NCBI GenBank assembly: GCA_026394215.1
Contig: JAPKYR010000154.1
Location: 1-48,614 of the forward strand
DNA length: 48,614 nt
Origin: a bacterium
Lineage (GTDB): Bacteria; JAJVIF01; JAPKYR01
Direction: 5' to 3'
Made by a program: the position numbers and the translations under genes. The notes beneath the pieces were generated by a model. It ran no database searches, was not told the DNA's origin, and saw only the letters and a program-made list of their open reading frames with translations. This document shows positions 28,677 through 38,144 of the stretch, piece by piece. Each line of letters begins with the position of its first letter. Position 1 is the stretch's first letter.

Positions 28677-30269
28677 ATGAAACCAGTAAAACTATTGCTA
28701 CTTCTTGTCATCCTTGCGATTGGGGTACTTGCTGTCTGGAAACTCCAGTCTTCAAAAACTGAAGTGAACAGGAATATCAGATCGCAGGAAATTGCGCTGA
28801 TGTTCCCCGACTTGAAGGTCGACGATGTTTTCCGTATCGAAATAAGCAGCCTTCAGAATGACAGCCTGCTATTCAGGAAAGAAGCCGGGGTCTGGGAAAT
28901 TTCGAAGGGCAAGGATGTTTTTTCGCAGATGATGGCGAATAGCCAGAATCAGACCAGCGGAAGCCAGCCTGAAATTCAAAACAGACAGGAGAATCCTGCA
29001 AACGACACCAGTCCGGAAGGCGACATGTGGAGGACCTTCTACCGTGCCGATCCTGAGAAGGTGCAGGCTATCCTCGACGCCTTCGTGCAGATGCAGCATG
29101 GCACATTAAAAACCGATGATCCTGAAAAACAGGCCACGATGAAAGTCCAGAACAGTTATACCGGCACTGAAGTTATTTTTTACGACGCCCAGATGAATCC
29201 GCTCGCGCATCTTTTTATCGGCGACATTGGCTCCTCTTACCAGACAACAATTGTCAGGCAGGATGGATCGAATGAGATTTATGAAGTCCCCGTCGGGCTA
29301 TCATTAACACTCAATAATCCGGTATTCAGTCTGCGCGACAGGAATATCTACCGGATACCCGCCGACACAGTTACAACTGTTTCCGTCAACGATATAGAGG
29401 GGGCAGGCGCAAAAACTTTGAATTTATCGCGTGTCGACGGAGTATGGACCGGCACCGATATGTCGGGGACACCGCTTGTAATCGACCCTGCCAAGGTGAC
29501 TGCGATTCTCGACGCACTCGGCAACCTCAGCGCGAATTCGTTCGTCGACATGGATACTCCTCCCGTACCCGCTGGAACGGAAAATAACGATCCCTACGGT
29601 TTAGTTAACCCGACAGGAATTATCCAGTTCACAACCGCGGACGCAAAATCCTACACGCTTACCCTTGGTAAGAAGGACGGGTCCACATACTACGCATCGG
29701 TAAATGAATATCCAAATGATGTATTCAGAGTTTCCGATACGGTGATTAACACGATCGCCCTTGCACCTGCCAATCTTGCTCCGGGCGCCGAATCCACCAA
29801 TGGAAGCGCAGTCTCCGGCGAGCAGAATCTCTCTACCAGCGAAGGGGAACAGATCCCGCAGGAGATACATGAACCTATGTATAATTTTGAAGAACTATCC
29901 CAATATGGTCAAAATACATCAGAATATGCCTTAGTACAATATATGATAGCATGGCGCGATCAAAACTGGAATCAAATGTCGCAATATGTCGAACTCACCT
30001 GGAAGGATTCGGAAAATGATCCTGTCGGCATGCTAGAGGCTTGGCATGATTTTAAAATTTTGAAAGGTTTTCAGATAGAATCTGTAACTCGCACATCAAG
30101 CGTTGCAAATGATATCACGTACATAATAGAGTATGAATTTGGAACAAATAACGTGGTAAAAAAAAGAGTAACAGCAAGGGTAATTCGAGAATCTGCTCCT
30201 TATACTACTAATGAAAATGGAAGATGGGGAGTAAACCCTACATCAACTCTTGCTGAGGAAGATATGTGA
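28677..30269 (+). CDS. DUF4340-domain protein with an extra C-terminal domain
   Basis: N-terminal TM; LRDRNI, YGLVNPT, LTLGKKDG...YYA; usual fourth gene of Gld-like ABC operons. Confidence 0.8.
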   Translation: MKPVKLLLLLVILAIGVLAVWKLQSSKTEVNRNIRSQEIALMFPDLKVDDVFRIEISSLQNDSLLFRKEAGVWEISKGKDVFSQMMANSQNQTSGSQPEIQNRQENPANDTSPEGDMWRTFYRADPEKVQAILDAFVQMQHGTLKTDDPEKQATMKVQNSYTGTEVIFYDAQMNPLAHLFIGDIGSSYQTTIVRQDGSNEIYEVPVGLSLTLNNPVFSLRDRNIYRIPADTVTTVSVNDIEGAGAKTLNLSRVDGVWTGTDMSGTPLVIDPAKVTAILDALGNLSANSFVDMDTPPVPAGTENNDPYGLVNPTGIIQFTTADAKSYTLTLGKKDGSTYYASVNEYPNDVFRVSDTVINTIALAPANLAPGAESTNGSAVSGEQNLSTSEGEQIPQEIHEPMYNFEELSQYGQNTSEYALVQYMIAWRDQNWNQMSQYVELTWKDSENDPVGMLEAWHDFKILKGFQIESVTRTSSVANDITYIIEYEFGTNNVVKKRVTARVIRESAPYTTNENGRWGVNPTSTLAEEDM

Positions 30270-30291
30270 AAAATGTTACCCTTCAGCCGGG

Positions 30292-30339
30292 TGTCGCCAC
30301 ACCTACAGACTCGTCCTCAAGTCTGTAGGTGTGGCGACA
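30292..30339. repeat. Perfect 20-bp-stem hairpin between convergent genes
   Basis: TGTCGCCACACCTACAGACT-8 nt-AGTCTGTAGGTGTGGCGACA. Confidence 0.85.
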
Positions 30340-30473
30340 ACAAGCTGGAATTTGCACAAAATGCTTTGATAGTGCGCGGTTCAGTAAGTAAATAAACATT
30401 GCAAACCACTCGCTGACGCGCGTGGTTCTGATACATTTCATACATCCCCTATCTGGTACGTTATTGGGATTCC

Positions 30474-31643
30474 TTACTCATACCCCGCTATCTCTCCCGC
30501 TGTAATCCGTCCGATGCGGTTCATCCTGTCTTCCAGAAGCTCATGCGTTAATTTGGCGCCTTTCTCGCTAAGCTGGATGATAGATTTCTGCGCGATCGAT
30601 TTCACCGGATCGGTATTTCCGCTTCCCCTCGCTCTGTTTTTCGTTGTCGAGCTGAATGTTTCGGGACCCAGTTTGTCCATTAAAACAGATATCGGTATTC
30701 CTTCCCCGACAGCCCCGCTGATAAAAGCTGCGTTCTCCAGCCTTAGTCCGTGCGGATACCGGTCGAGATACGTATCCATGCCGCGTTGCTCATCCGTGGC
30801 ATCATCGATCAAATCGCGATACTTAACCGCCTTCGCACAACCTGCAACATGCGATTCATTGTCCCCTCCGGGTTCTCTTGAAAGCAGCACGAAGAAAATA
30901 TCGTCTCCGGTCCTTACGCCGGTCGGACGTTTTCCGGACGGGAATCTGATCACCTTGTATGCATCCCGCTTTGAAGCCCAAATATGTACCGGCAGAAACG
31001 GATTGATTCGATCGTCCGCAGTCCCGTGAAACGACCACCACGATGCATGTTCACGCCTTGGTTTTCGTTTTTTCGATCCTCTTCGCTTATCGAACAATGA
31101 CAATGTCGATAAGTCGATTTCGTACGGCTCATTCTCACCGGTTTCACCGGTCGCGATTCCCGGCACGATATCCTCAAGCCATCTCCTCGTAGTGCGAAGT
31201 TTTCTCGAACTCAGCCACGATCCGGCTCTCCGCCAGATTTTGTCTGCGAGCGCGAATAATCCCGCCGCGCTGTCGCCTTCAATAATAACAGGGCACTGCC
31301 ACCGCGCTTTTCCCCAGCCCCAGTCGGAAGGAAGAATCACTGCCGCCGTCGGCGGTGAACTTAGAAGCGATGGCAGTTCACCACGGTCGGCGATGCGGAT
31401 TTTAGCGCCGATTTTTATCAGGTGGATAAGGCTTTCCACCTGCCTCAATGTCGAATGCGGTCCGGAGCGATAGAGGGAAGTAATAATCCTGAATTCCCTC
31501 GAGCGCTGTCCGGCTGTTATCGCTATCTGGTTAAGGACGGGGATATCGGGAAGGTTTGTGATAATAAGCGTTACCGGATCGGAACTTGTGCTCAGTACCC
31601 GCGAAATAAGCTCCCCAGTTGTACCCTCATGCAATTCAACCAT
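30474..31643 (-). CDS. Degenerate PLD-like (NgoFVII-type) domain fused to a PUA/EVE-like C-terminal domain
   Basis: The N-half follows a PLD restriction-nuclease-like pattern without HxK. The C-half reads KRPTGVRTGDDIFF...DDAT...GNTDP. Start uncertain (track gives 31778); family assignment is from recall. Confidence 0.6.
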   Translation of the reverse strand: MVELHEGTTGELISRVLSTSSDPVTLIITNLPDIPVLNQIAITAGQRSREFRIITSLYRSGPHSTLRQVESLIHLIKIGAKIRIADRGELPSLLSSPPTAAVILPSDWGWGKARWQCPVIIEGDSAAGLFALADKIWRRAGSWLSSRKLRTTRRWLEDIVPGIATGETGENEPYEIDLSTLSLFDKRRGSKKRKPRREHASWWSFHGTADDRINPFLPVHIWASKRDAYKVIRFPSGKRPTGVRTGDDIFFVLLSREPGGDNESHVAGCAKAVKYRDLIDDATDEQRGMDTYLDRYPHGLRLENAAFISGAVGEGIPISVLMDKLGPETFSSTTKNRARGSGNTDPVKSIAQKSIIQLSEKGAKLTHELLEDRMNRIGRITAGEIAGYE

Positions 31644-31815
31644 AAGAGGGAAAACCATCCGGCTTGGAAGTAAACTTAAATAAGGTATTTCTGAAAGAAT
31701 ACTAACACATGGAAATTCGAAACGAAAGGCCATATGCTGGAAGCATATGACACGTCTGAACATGCGCAGGATGCGCATGATACAAAATTTAATAAAAATA
31801 AGGGCTAAAATTTAA

Positions 31816-31842
31816 AGTCCCCCTTTTCCTCAAAGGGGGACT
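31816..31842. terminator. Hairpin (terminator or short REP)
   Basis: AGTCCCCCTTT-5 nt-AAAGGGGGACT downstream of the Zn-ribbon gene. Confidence 0.55.
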
Positions 31843-31882
31843 GTTGTGTGAGATTGTTTGGTGCTCACTCCCAACGATGACA

Positions 31883-32131
31883 TCAGTTGGGGGGTGGGAG
31901 GATGTGTTGTCTTCCGCAGTCAGAACATACTTGTATCTTCTGGCCCGCAAAATCAAGCATTTTGACATTGAACGACTGACAGTATGGACAGCCGACCAGT
32001 GTCATCATGTCCTCGAGGTAGTCAAGGAGATCTTCCATGCGTTCCCCGTTGGACATGTCCACCTTTCCATCCCTGACAACGTCGCCATCGGGTGAGAGCA
32101 AGCTTTGGTAGAACCTTAAATCATTAAGCAT
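31883..32131 (-). CDS. Small Zn-ribbon protein
   Basis: CPYC...CSDC; AGGGTG SD. Confidence 0.7.
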   Translation of the reverse strand: MLNDLRFYQSLLSPDGDVVRDGKVDMSNGERMEDLLDYLEDMMTLVGCPYCQSFNVKMLDFAGQKIQVCSDCGRQHILPPPN

Positions 32132-32358
32132 GGCTCACCCTATGTCTCGTTTGAGATGGGGTACTTGTGTGGAATACTTTATGTTAATTTTTAATGTGCA
32201 GTTTCGTGCCCAGACCGATTGGGCTCCAATATGAGTATAAAGGCTGAATCCTTCATTAGCAATAGATTTTTACGGTTAAAATTACGGAAATCCGGGATTC
32301 TCTGTAGTGTTTTACAAAATCCTGCTTCACTCTATATAGAGATATAATGCCTACCATG

Positions 32359-33462
32359 TTAATTGACCGGACTCGACCCATTCATCGTTTCCAGTATCCG
32401 GCGCTCGATTATCGGCAGGACCTCCGGTCTGTAAGTTCTGCACATGGCTACAACGGTGCCCGCAGAATTTATAACCACAATAAATGGGTACCCGGAAATG
32501 TTCATCGACGCGTGAATCATGCTTCCTTCATCGAGTAAAAGCGCGAAATCGTTGTACCCGGATTGTCCCATCCATTCCACTTTGTCTATCGGAGAATCTG
32601 TAACACCGAATATATAAAGGTCCTGATAGCCGAATGTGCTGTATAATCCCGAAAGGTAGTTCATTTCCGCTTCAAAACCCTCATCAGTCTCGGTCATGTA
32701 GTCTGCAACCGAGAAAAAATATAAGACGGTCGGTTTCCCTTCAGCAACAGCATCCGTGAGCTTCCAAATCGAACCACTGGGTGTTTTGCCCTGAATCGGC
32801 TGCGTTGTATTTTCGTCCGTAAAATTACTCCCTATCAGAAGGGGCCATCCATTAATGCCTTCCAGCGCCGTATTCGATCCGCGATTCATCGGTATAAAGT
32901 CCCTGAATTGCTCAGGAACACCCTCATCGGTCGCGAGAAGGCTCTGGTAATCCAGCGGAAGCCCTATATCGGACGGGATATACTCCCACTGCATAAGCGC
33001 CCAGCCATCGGGTCTCATTTTAAATACAAGCTGATGGTGCATCTTGTACCAGTTCTCACTTCCACTTTCGTTCATTTTCAACTCGAGCCAGCAGTCAGCC
33101 ATAAAAGTATCCGCACCAGTATAAAGCCCATAATTAAAGTAAAAATCCATGCTGATCAGATTATTGCTGCCCTGGCCTGCGAATAGGTTTCCGAACTGCT
33201 GCTGAGCTTCCTCTTTTGTGAGAAGTATCCCATTGGTCACCAGACCATATCCCGGGTCAATCCATGAAAAAAACCGGTTAAGATCGCGCGATGAGAAATC
33301 ACCATTGAAAATCTCGAAGTTTTCCGGGGGAGTAGTCGCCCTCAGTAATTGATCCTCTTCCGTATCCACGGGCGGACCATACATCCCCCCCTGCATCAGA
33401 ATAAATCCAAGTGCATAGCAGATCAGTCGATTGATGTAAAAAAGAACACTTCCGGTAAACAC
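32359..33462 (-). CDS. Exported protein: NTF2-like N-domain plus redoxin/AhpC-TSA-like fold lacking active-site Cys
   Basis: GAGGTG SD; GKPTVLYFF, IFGVTDS, LLLDEG, GYPFIVVINSAGTV; no CxxC after VLYFF. Confidence 0.7.
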   Translation of the reverse strand: MFTGSVLFYINRLICYALGFILMQGGMYGPPVDTEEDQLLRATTPPENFEIFNGDFSSRDLNRFFSWIDPGYGLVTNGILLTKEEAQQQFGNLFAGQGSNNLISMDFYFNYGLYTGADTFMADCWLELKMNESGSENWYKMHHQLVFKMRPDGWALMQWEYIPSDIGLPLDYQSLLATDEGVPEQFRDFIPMNRGSNTALEGINGWPLLIGSNFTDENTTQPIQGKTPSGSIWKLTDAVAEGKPTVLYFFSVADYMTETDEGFEAEMNYLSGLYSTFGYQDLYIFGVTDSPIDKVEWMGQSGYNDFALLLDEGSMIHASMNISGYPFIVVINSAGTVVAMCRTYRPEVLPIIERRILETMNGSSPVN

Positions 33463-33555
33463 TTAAATATCACCTCGAAGGCAACGCGTTTAAATATTGA
33501 AGCGTAAAGCTTTGCTTATAGAAAATCCATCCCACTCCCACTATTAATCACGGTT

Positions 33556-34200
33556 TTAGAATACGAAACTTCCGCCTATATGCAGATTACCGTCGATGAA
33601 TCCGGCCTGTCCGGTGAACCTTGGACCGAAATAGTACCTCAGCCCGTACGTAAGTCCCTGGAAAACTTCGCGGTTGCTTGAATTATATTCTGCGATTGCG
33701 ATCATATTCTCCGCGAATTCAAAATCAAACCCGCCGAAATATTCAAAATCCTCATCAGTATCGCCGGAAACATAGCTGAGCCCGCCATGGATGCTCGCGT
33801 TCTGACCCGAATGTTCCCCAAGCTCGAAAAATTTACTCGCGACTAAATACCACATGGCGGAATTTTCATTCGATACATCGGTAACCGTCACCCCGCCGGC
33901 TGCGCCAGGGAAACTTTCCGTTTCAGGAGAAAACAGCCATTTGACAAAGAAGCTGAACCCGTCATCGCCATTTTGCGGATGAATCGCGCCGACTCCAATC
34001 TCGAATTCTTCGGAGATCGCGGTCGCAAGGTTCGCGTTCCAGATTGAATTATCCCCGTTGTCAAGGAAATTAAGCGCGATCCATGCATGCTCCAGAGGTG
34101 TGATATCGGCGGTCGGGTTAACGATCAACCCGGTTGGTCCGAAAATTGTGGGTTCGGCCATTACGGGTAATAAATTGATAAAGAAAAATGCTGCGAACAC
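33556..34200 (-). CDS. Outer-membrane beta-barrel, YjbH-like
   Basis: Signal peptide, then PTIFGPTGLIVNPTAD; alternating strands; IAEYN; ends GGSFVF (terminal Phe). Confidence 0.75.
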   Translation of the reverse strand: MFAAFFFINLLPVMAEPTIFGPTGLIVNPTADITPLEHAWIALNFLDNGDNSIWNANLATAISEEFEIGVGAIHPQNGDDGFSFFVKWLFSPETESFPGAAGGVTVTDVSNENSAMWYLVASKFFELGEHSGQNASIHGGLSYVSGDTDEDFEYFGGFDFEFAENMIAIAEYNSSNREVFQGLTYGLRYYFGPRFTGQAGFIDGNLHIGGSFVF

Positions 34201-34301
34201 AAAGCCTGCAAATAAGGGTATGTACTAAATGGTTCAAGTGAAGTTTACAGGAAAAAATTTATGCTGTCAAACAATTCTCCCCCGCATGATGGAGTAACAG
34301 C

Positions 34302-34724
34302 TCATAATAAAACATTAACCGTAACAGTAGCGGAAGCCTGATTATCATCGGTATCAGTCACGAGTACCGAAAGCGTAACTTCCCCGTTCTGATTCGGAGT
34401 CTTCCAGATTGTTACCTTGCTATGCGGATCGACAATCTCGCCTCCGGTAACAGACCACAGATATTCCAGCTCACTTGAGGAGTCCTGTTGATCTTCGGCA
34501 TCACATGTGAGAAGGACCTGCTGGTTGATATGGACCTCCTCGCGATCAATCGTAATCTTGTTGACAAACGGCTCCTCACGGTTCGGATCGCTCCCGGAAC
34601 CGAATTCATCTTCCATCCACTGGTAAATCAGGTAAGATGCAATAGCGGTGCATCCCGAAAACGACGGGACAGCGATTATCAGCGTGAGAACTATTACTGT
34701 TAAAGAAAGCAGCCTCTTCGGCAT
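34302..34724 (-). CDS. Probable lipoprotein with PKD/Ig-like domain
   Basis: FSGC; LTCDAED...LEYLWSVTGG...IWKTP...VLVTD; GGAGG SD. Confidence 0.78.
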   Translation of the reverse strand: MPKRLLSLTVIVLTLIIAVPSFSGCTAIASYLIYQWMEDEFGSGSDPNREEPFVNKITIDREEVHINQQVLLTCDAEDQQDSSSELEYLWSVTGGEIVDPHSKVTIWKTPNQNGEVTLSVLVTDTDDNQASATVTVNVLL

Positions 34725-34873
34725 ATGACAAACCCTCCGACTAAGAGTTTACATAGTATAACAGGAAGATACGGACATGTCATCCCCGGTTCATAAAGAT
34801 AAGGGACTTTGTAAACATTAAACTTAAAAAAAATGATCGGCTATTATGGTTTCCCAGCCACACCCCACCGATA

Positions 34874-34902
34874 TTGACTTACGCATTCGATTGTGTTAAT
34901 AT
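34874..34902 (+). promoter_or_regulatory. Sigma70 promoter for the riboswitch-kimA transcript
   Basis: TTGACT-17 nt-TAATAT with upstream TG. Confidence 0.6.
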
Positions 34903-34924
34903 TTCAATCAGCACAGCCGAATTC

Positions 34925-35056
34925 CGGAGGCTGAATTCCGAAATTCAACCGATGGAAGCGGGGGACCCATTTTACGGGGCGAATCGTCGCTTTGACGTAG
35001 GATACCCTTTTCGGTCCGAGCCCGTCAGCTAACCTCGCAGGCTTCAAAAGGGAGCT
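34925..35056 (+). ncRNA. c-di-AMP (ydaO/yuaA) riboswitch
   Basis: GCTGAAT...AGCGGGGGACCCA...GGGGCGAATC...GTAGG...CCGAGCCCGTCAGCTAACCTCGCAGGC; pseudoknot CCCTTTT/AAAAGGG; lies upstream of a KimA-like gene. Confidence 0.95.
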
Positions 35057-35264
35057 CCTCCAGACTTTACTCTGGTGTCTCCTCAGAGTTTATATCCGGA
35101 GGCGGCTTATATGCCATCAAGAATACTGCTCGTAAATAAAGTTCTTCTGCAGAAGAAATCCCACACAACCTGATTCCTTTCCACAATATCTCAAACCAAC
35201 CCGGTTTCCGCTTAAAGGATATTGAGTTTGCCTTTTCCTATTTGAGAAAAGAAGGTTGAGTTAT

Positions 35265-37265
35265 ATGACTTCAAAAATACGCAGGATAATTCTCGGGTCG
35301 CCGTACGACGTTAATAATCCCGGAATATACCACCGGATAACCCTTATCGCCATACTGGCATGGGTCGGGCTTGGCGCAGACGGACTGTCATCTTCATCTT
35401 ATGGACCTGAAGAAGCATTCAAAGTATTGGGCGATCACCGCTATCTCGCCGTAATGTTAGCGATCGGCACTACTTTCACAGTTTTTATCATCTCGACTGT
35501 ATATCGGGGAATAATAAACCATTTTCCGTTCGGAGGAGGGGGCTACATAGTCGCCGGTAAACTCCTCGGACCACGTTTTGGGGTGGTATCGGGCTCGGCT
35601 TTGCTGATTGACTATGTCCTGACTGTCGCTGTTTCGATCGCCTGTTGCGCGGACCAATTTTTCAGCTTTCTACCCCTCGGCTGGCATATTTTTAAACTCC
35701 CGGTAGAAGCTCTGCTGATCCTTCTTTTGATATTGCTAAACCTCCGCGGCACGAAGGAATCGATTCTTGTCCTGGCACCAATATTTTTTCTTTTCCTGAT
35801 TACGCACGCTATCCTGATTTTCGGCGGGATAGGCTCGCACGTTCAGGATCTTCCGGCAGTTACGAATGAAGTGAAAGTCGGTTTCCAGAATGGATTTGCG
35901 ACACTCGGGTTCATGGGCATCGCAGCCCTGTTCTTCCGCTCGTTTTCCATGGGAGCCGGAACTTACACCGGACTCGAAGCCGTCAGTAACGGGCTTCAGA
36001 TCATGCGCGAGCCTAAAGTGGAAACAGGCAAGCGCACGATGCTGTATATGGCTATCTCGCTCTCTGTTACAGCATCCGGCATTCTCCTCTGCTACCTTTT
36101 ATTTAATGTGGCTCCGGTAGTGGGAAAAACCATGAATGCCGTGCTGCTTGAGCGATTCGCGGGAAACTGGCAGCCCAATGGAGTCAATTTGGGCCATGGA
36201 TATGTCATCTTAGCTCTTATTTCCGAAGCCGCCCTGCTGGTTGTCGGGGCCCAGGCCGGTTTTATAGATGGTCCTCGCGTAATGTCCAACATGGCTATGG
36301 ATGGATGGCTGCCGCGACGTTTGTCCCAGCTCTCCGACAGATTGACGATGCAATTCGGCATCCTTCTGATTGGGGTCTCATCTCTTGTGGTCCTTTTCTA
36401 CACCAGGGGCAATATCACTACCCTGGTCACAATGTACTCGATAAACGTGTTCCTGACCTTCACTCTCTCAATGACAGGCATGTGCCGCTTCTGGCTTAAT
36501 GAACGCCGCAAAAATGTCCCGTGGATATGGCCTTTCACGATTAATGCAGTCGGTCTTGTTACATGTCTTTCCATTCTCATCATTGTTATCATTGAAAAAT
36601 TCGAACGCGGGGCATGGATCACGCTTGTCGTCACATCTACGCTAATCGGCCTCTGCTTTATCATTCACGGGCATTATCAATTTGTGCGCGAAAACGTAAC
36701 CAGGCTTAATAAAATTCTCGAGAACCTCCCAGCATACGTAATCAAGGTCGAGGCTCCGCTTGATCCCAGCCTGCATACCGCTGTAATGCTCGTCAGCGGA
36801 TTCAGCATCCTGGGCGTACACCAGTTCCTGCAGGTCCACAAGATATTCCCCGGGCAGTATAAAAATTTCCTGTTCGTATCGGTTGGCGTGATCGATTCCG
36901 CCTCAATGAAAGGGATTGAAGAAGTGGATCGCATTAAGAAACAGACTGAGGATTCGCTGCAGAAATATGTGTCGCTCGCCCAGAAACTGGGTTACTCAGC
37001 CGGCTTCCGAATGGGAATAGGAACAGAGGCACTCGAAGAAGCCGCCAGACTCTGCCTTGAAATCCACAAGGAGTTCCCCCTGGCCCTGTTCATCATGGGA
37101 AAACTGGTCTTCGACAACGAAGGCTGGTACCACCGCATCCTTCACAACGAAACTGCCTATCAGCTTCTTCGTAAGTTAAACCTTGAAGGATTGAATGCTA
37201 TGGTACTGTCCGTACGTCTGGACGAAGCGGAAGATGTACTTAGAAATGAGTTGCCATCGTTCTGA
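35265..37265 (+). CDS. kimA: APC-family K+ transporter, KimA/YdaO-like
   Basis: GADGLSSSSYGPEE, GGGGY, ALLIDYVLTVAVSI, NLRGTKES, TGLEAVSNG, LHNETA; riboswitch context. Confidence 0.9.
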   Translation: MTSKIRRIILGSPYDVNNPGIYHRITLIAILAWVGLGADGLSSSSYGPEEAFKVLGDHRYLAVMLAIGTTFTVFIISTVYRGIINHFPFGGGGYIVAGKLLGPRFGVVSGSALLIDYVLTVAVSIACCADQFFSFLPLGWHIFKLPVEALLILLLILLNLRGTKESILVLAPIFFLFLITHAILIFGGIGSHVQDLPAVTNEVKVGFQNGFATLGFMGIAALFFRSFSMGAGTYTGLEAVSNGLQIMREPKVETGKRTMLYMAISLSVTASGILLCYLLFNVAPVVGKTMNAVLLERFAGNWQPNGVNLGHGYVILALISEAALLVVGAQAGFIDGPRVMSNMAMDGWLPRRLSQLSDRLTMQFGILLIGVSSLVVLFYTRGNITTLVTMYSINVFLTFTLSMTGMCRFWLNERRKNVPWIWPFTINAVGLVTCLSILIIVIIEKFERGAWITLVVTSTLIGLCFIIHGHYQFVRENVTRLNKILENLPAYVIKVEAPLDPSLHTAVMLVSGFSILGVHQFLQVHKIFPGQYKNFLFVSVGVIDSASMKGIEEVDRIKKQTEDSLQKYVSLAQKLGYSAGFRMGIGTEALEEAARLCLEIHKEFPLALFIMGKLVFDNEGWYHRILHNETAYQLLRKLNLEGLNAMVLSVRLDEAEDVLRNELPSF

Positions 37266-37378
37266 AGTCGAGAAATGACACCTATTTCAGTGCCTGTTTA
37301 TTTCAAACCTTGCAAAATTCTCCTAATCCTTGTATCCTGCTGACGGTCGTTACTAAGTTAGAGGCGAGGGTGAGCATT

Positions 37379-38116
37379 ATGTCCGAATCAAATGGAACCC
37401 GCCCGATCAAGGGTGAGCTTCTGCATGAGGGAAAGGCGAAACGGGTCTTCAAAACCGACCATTCGGACCGCTATATCCAGGAATTCAAAAACGATGCGAC
37501 CGCGTTCGATGGCACCAAGAAAGGTACTATCGAGGGAAAAGGTTCGGTAAACTGCCAGGTCTCTACCCGCATGTTCAGGCTCCTTGAAAGCAAGGGAGTT
37601 AAAACCCATTTTGTGGATATTCTTTCCGACAATGAAATGTCGATCCTTCCGGTTAAAATAATCAAGGTCGAGGTTGTCGTGCGGAATATCGCCGCGGGAT
37701 CGCTGGTCAAAGTGCGCGGATTCAAGGAAGGCACTAAGCTCGACCCGACAATTGTCGAATGGTATCTCAAGGACGATTCCCTTCACGACCCTTTATTAAA
37801 CGACGATCACATTCACGCGCTTGGACTCGCGAATTCCCACGAGCTCGCTAATCTAAAAAAAGATGCATTGAAAATCAATGGCATCCTGAGCGAGTTTTTC
37901 GCAAGCATCGGAATCAACCTTGTCGATTTCAAACTGGAATTCGGAAGGCGTCCCGATGGCAAAATCATTCTGGCCGATGAAATCTCCCCCGACACATGCC
38001 GTCTTTGGGACAGAGAAACCGGTAATAAGCTCGATAAGGACCGGTTCAGATTCGACCTTGGAAACGTCGAGGACGCGTACCAGGAAATCCTTAAGCGAAC
38101 TTCTGCAATCAGATAA
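37379..38116 (+). CDS. purC: SAICAR synthetase
   Basis: EGKAKRVF, DATAFDG, VEVVVRNIAAGS, LVDFKLEFG, LADEISPDTCRLWD, DKDRFR. Confidence 0.97.
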   Translation: MSESNGTRPIKGELLHEGKAKRVFKTDHSDRYIQEFKNDATAFDGTKKGTIEGKGSVNCQVSTRMFRLLESKGVKTHFVDILSDNEMSILPVKIIKVEVVVRNIAAGSLVKVRGFKEGTKLDPTIVEWYLKDDSLHDPLLNDDHIHALGLANSHELANLKKDALKINGILSEFFASIGINLVDFKLEFGRRPDGKIILADEISPDTCRLWDRETGNKLDKDRFRFDLGNVEDAYQEILKRTSAIR

Positions 38117-38144
38117 AAATGTATTCCGATTTAGAAAACCAATA

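Noticed and set aside
37920-38144. 75-aa N-terminal extension of PurF
   Set aside because: It overlaps purC in another frame; PurF needs only a short propeptide before the catalytic Cys.
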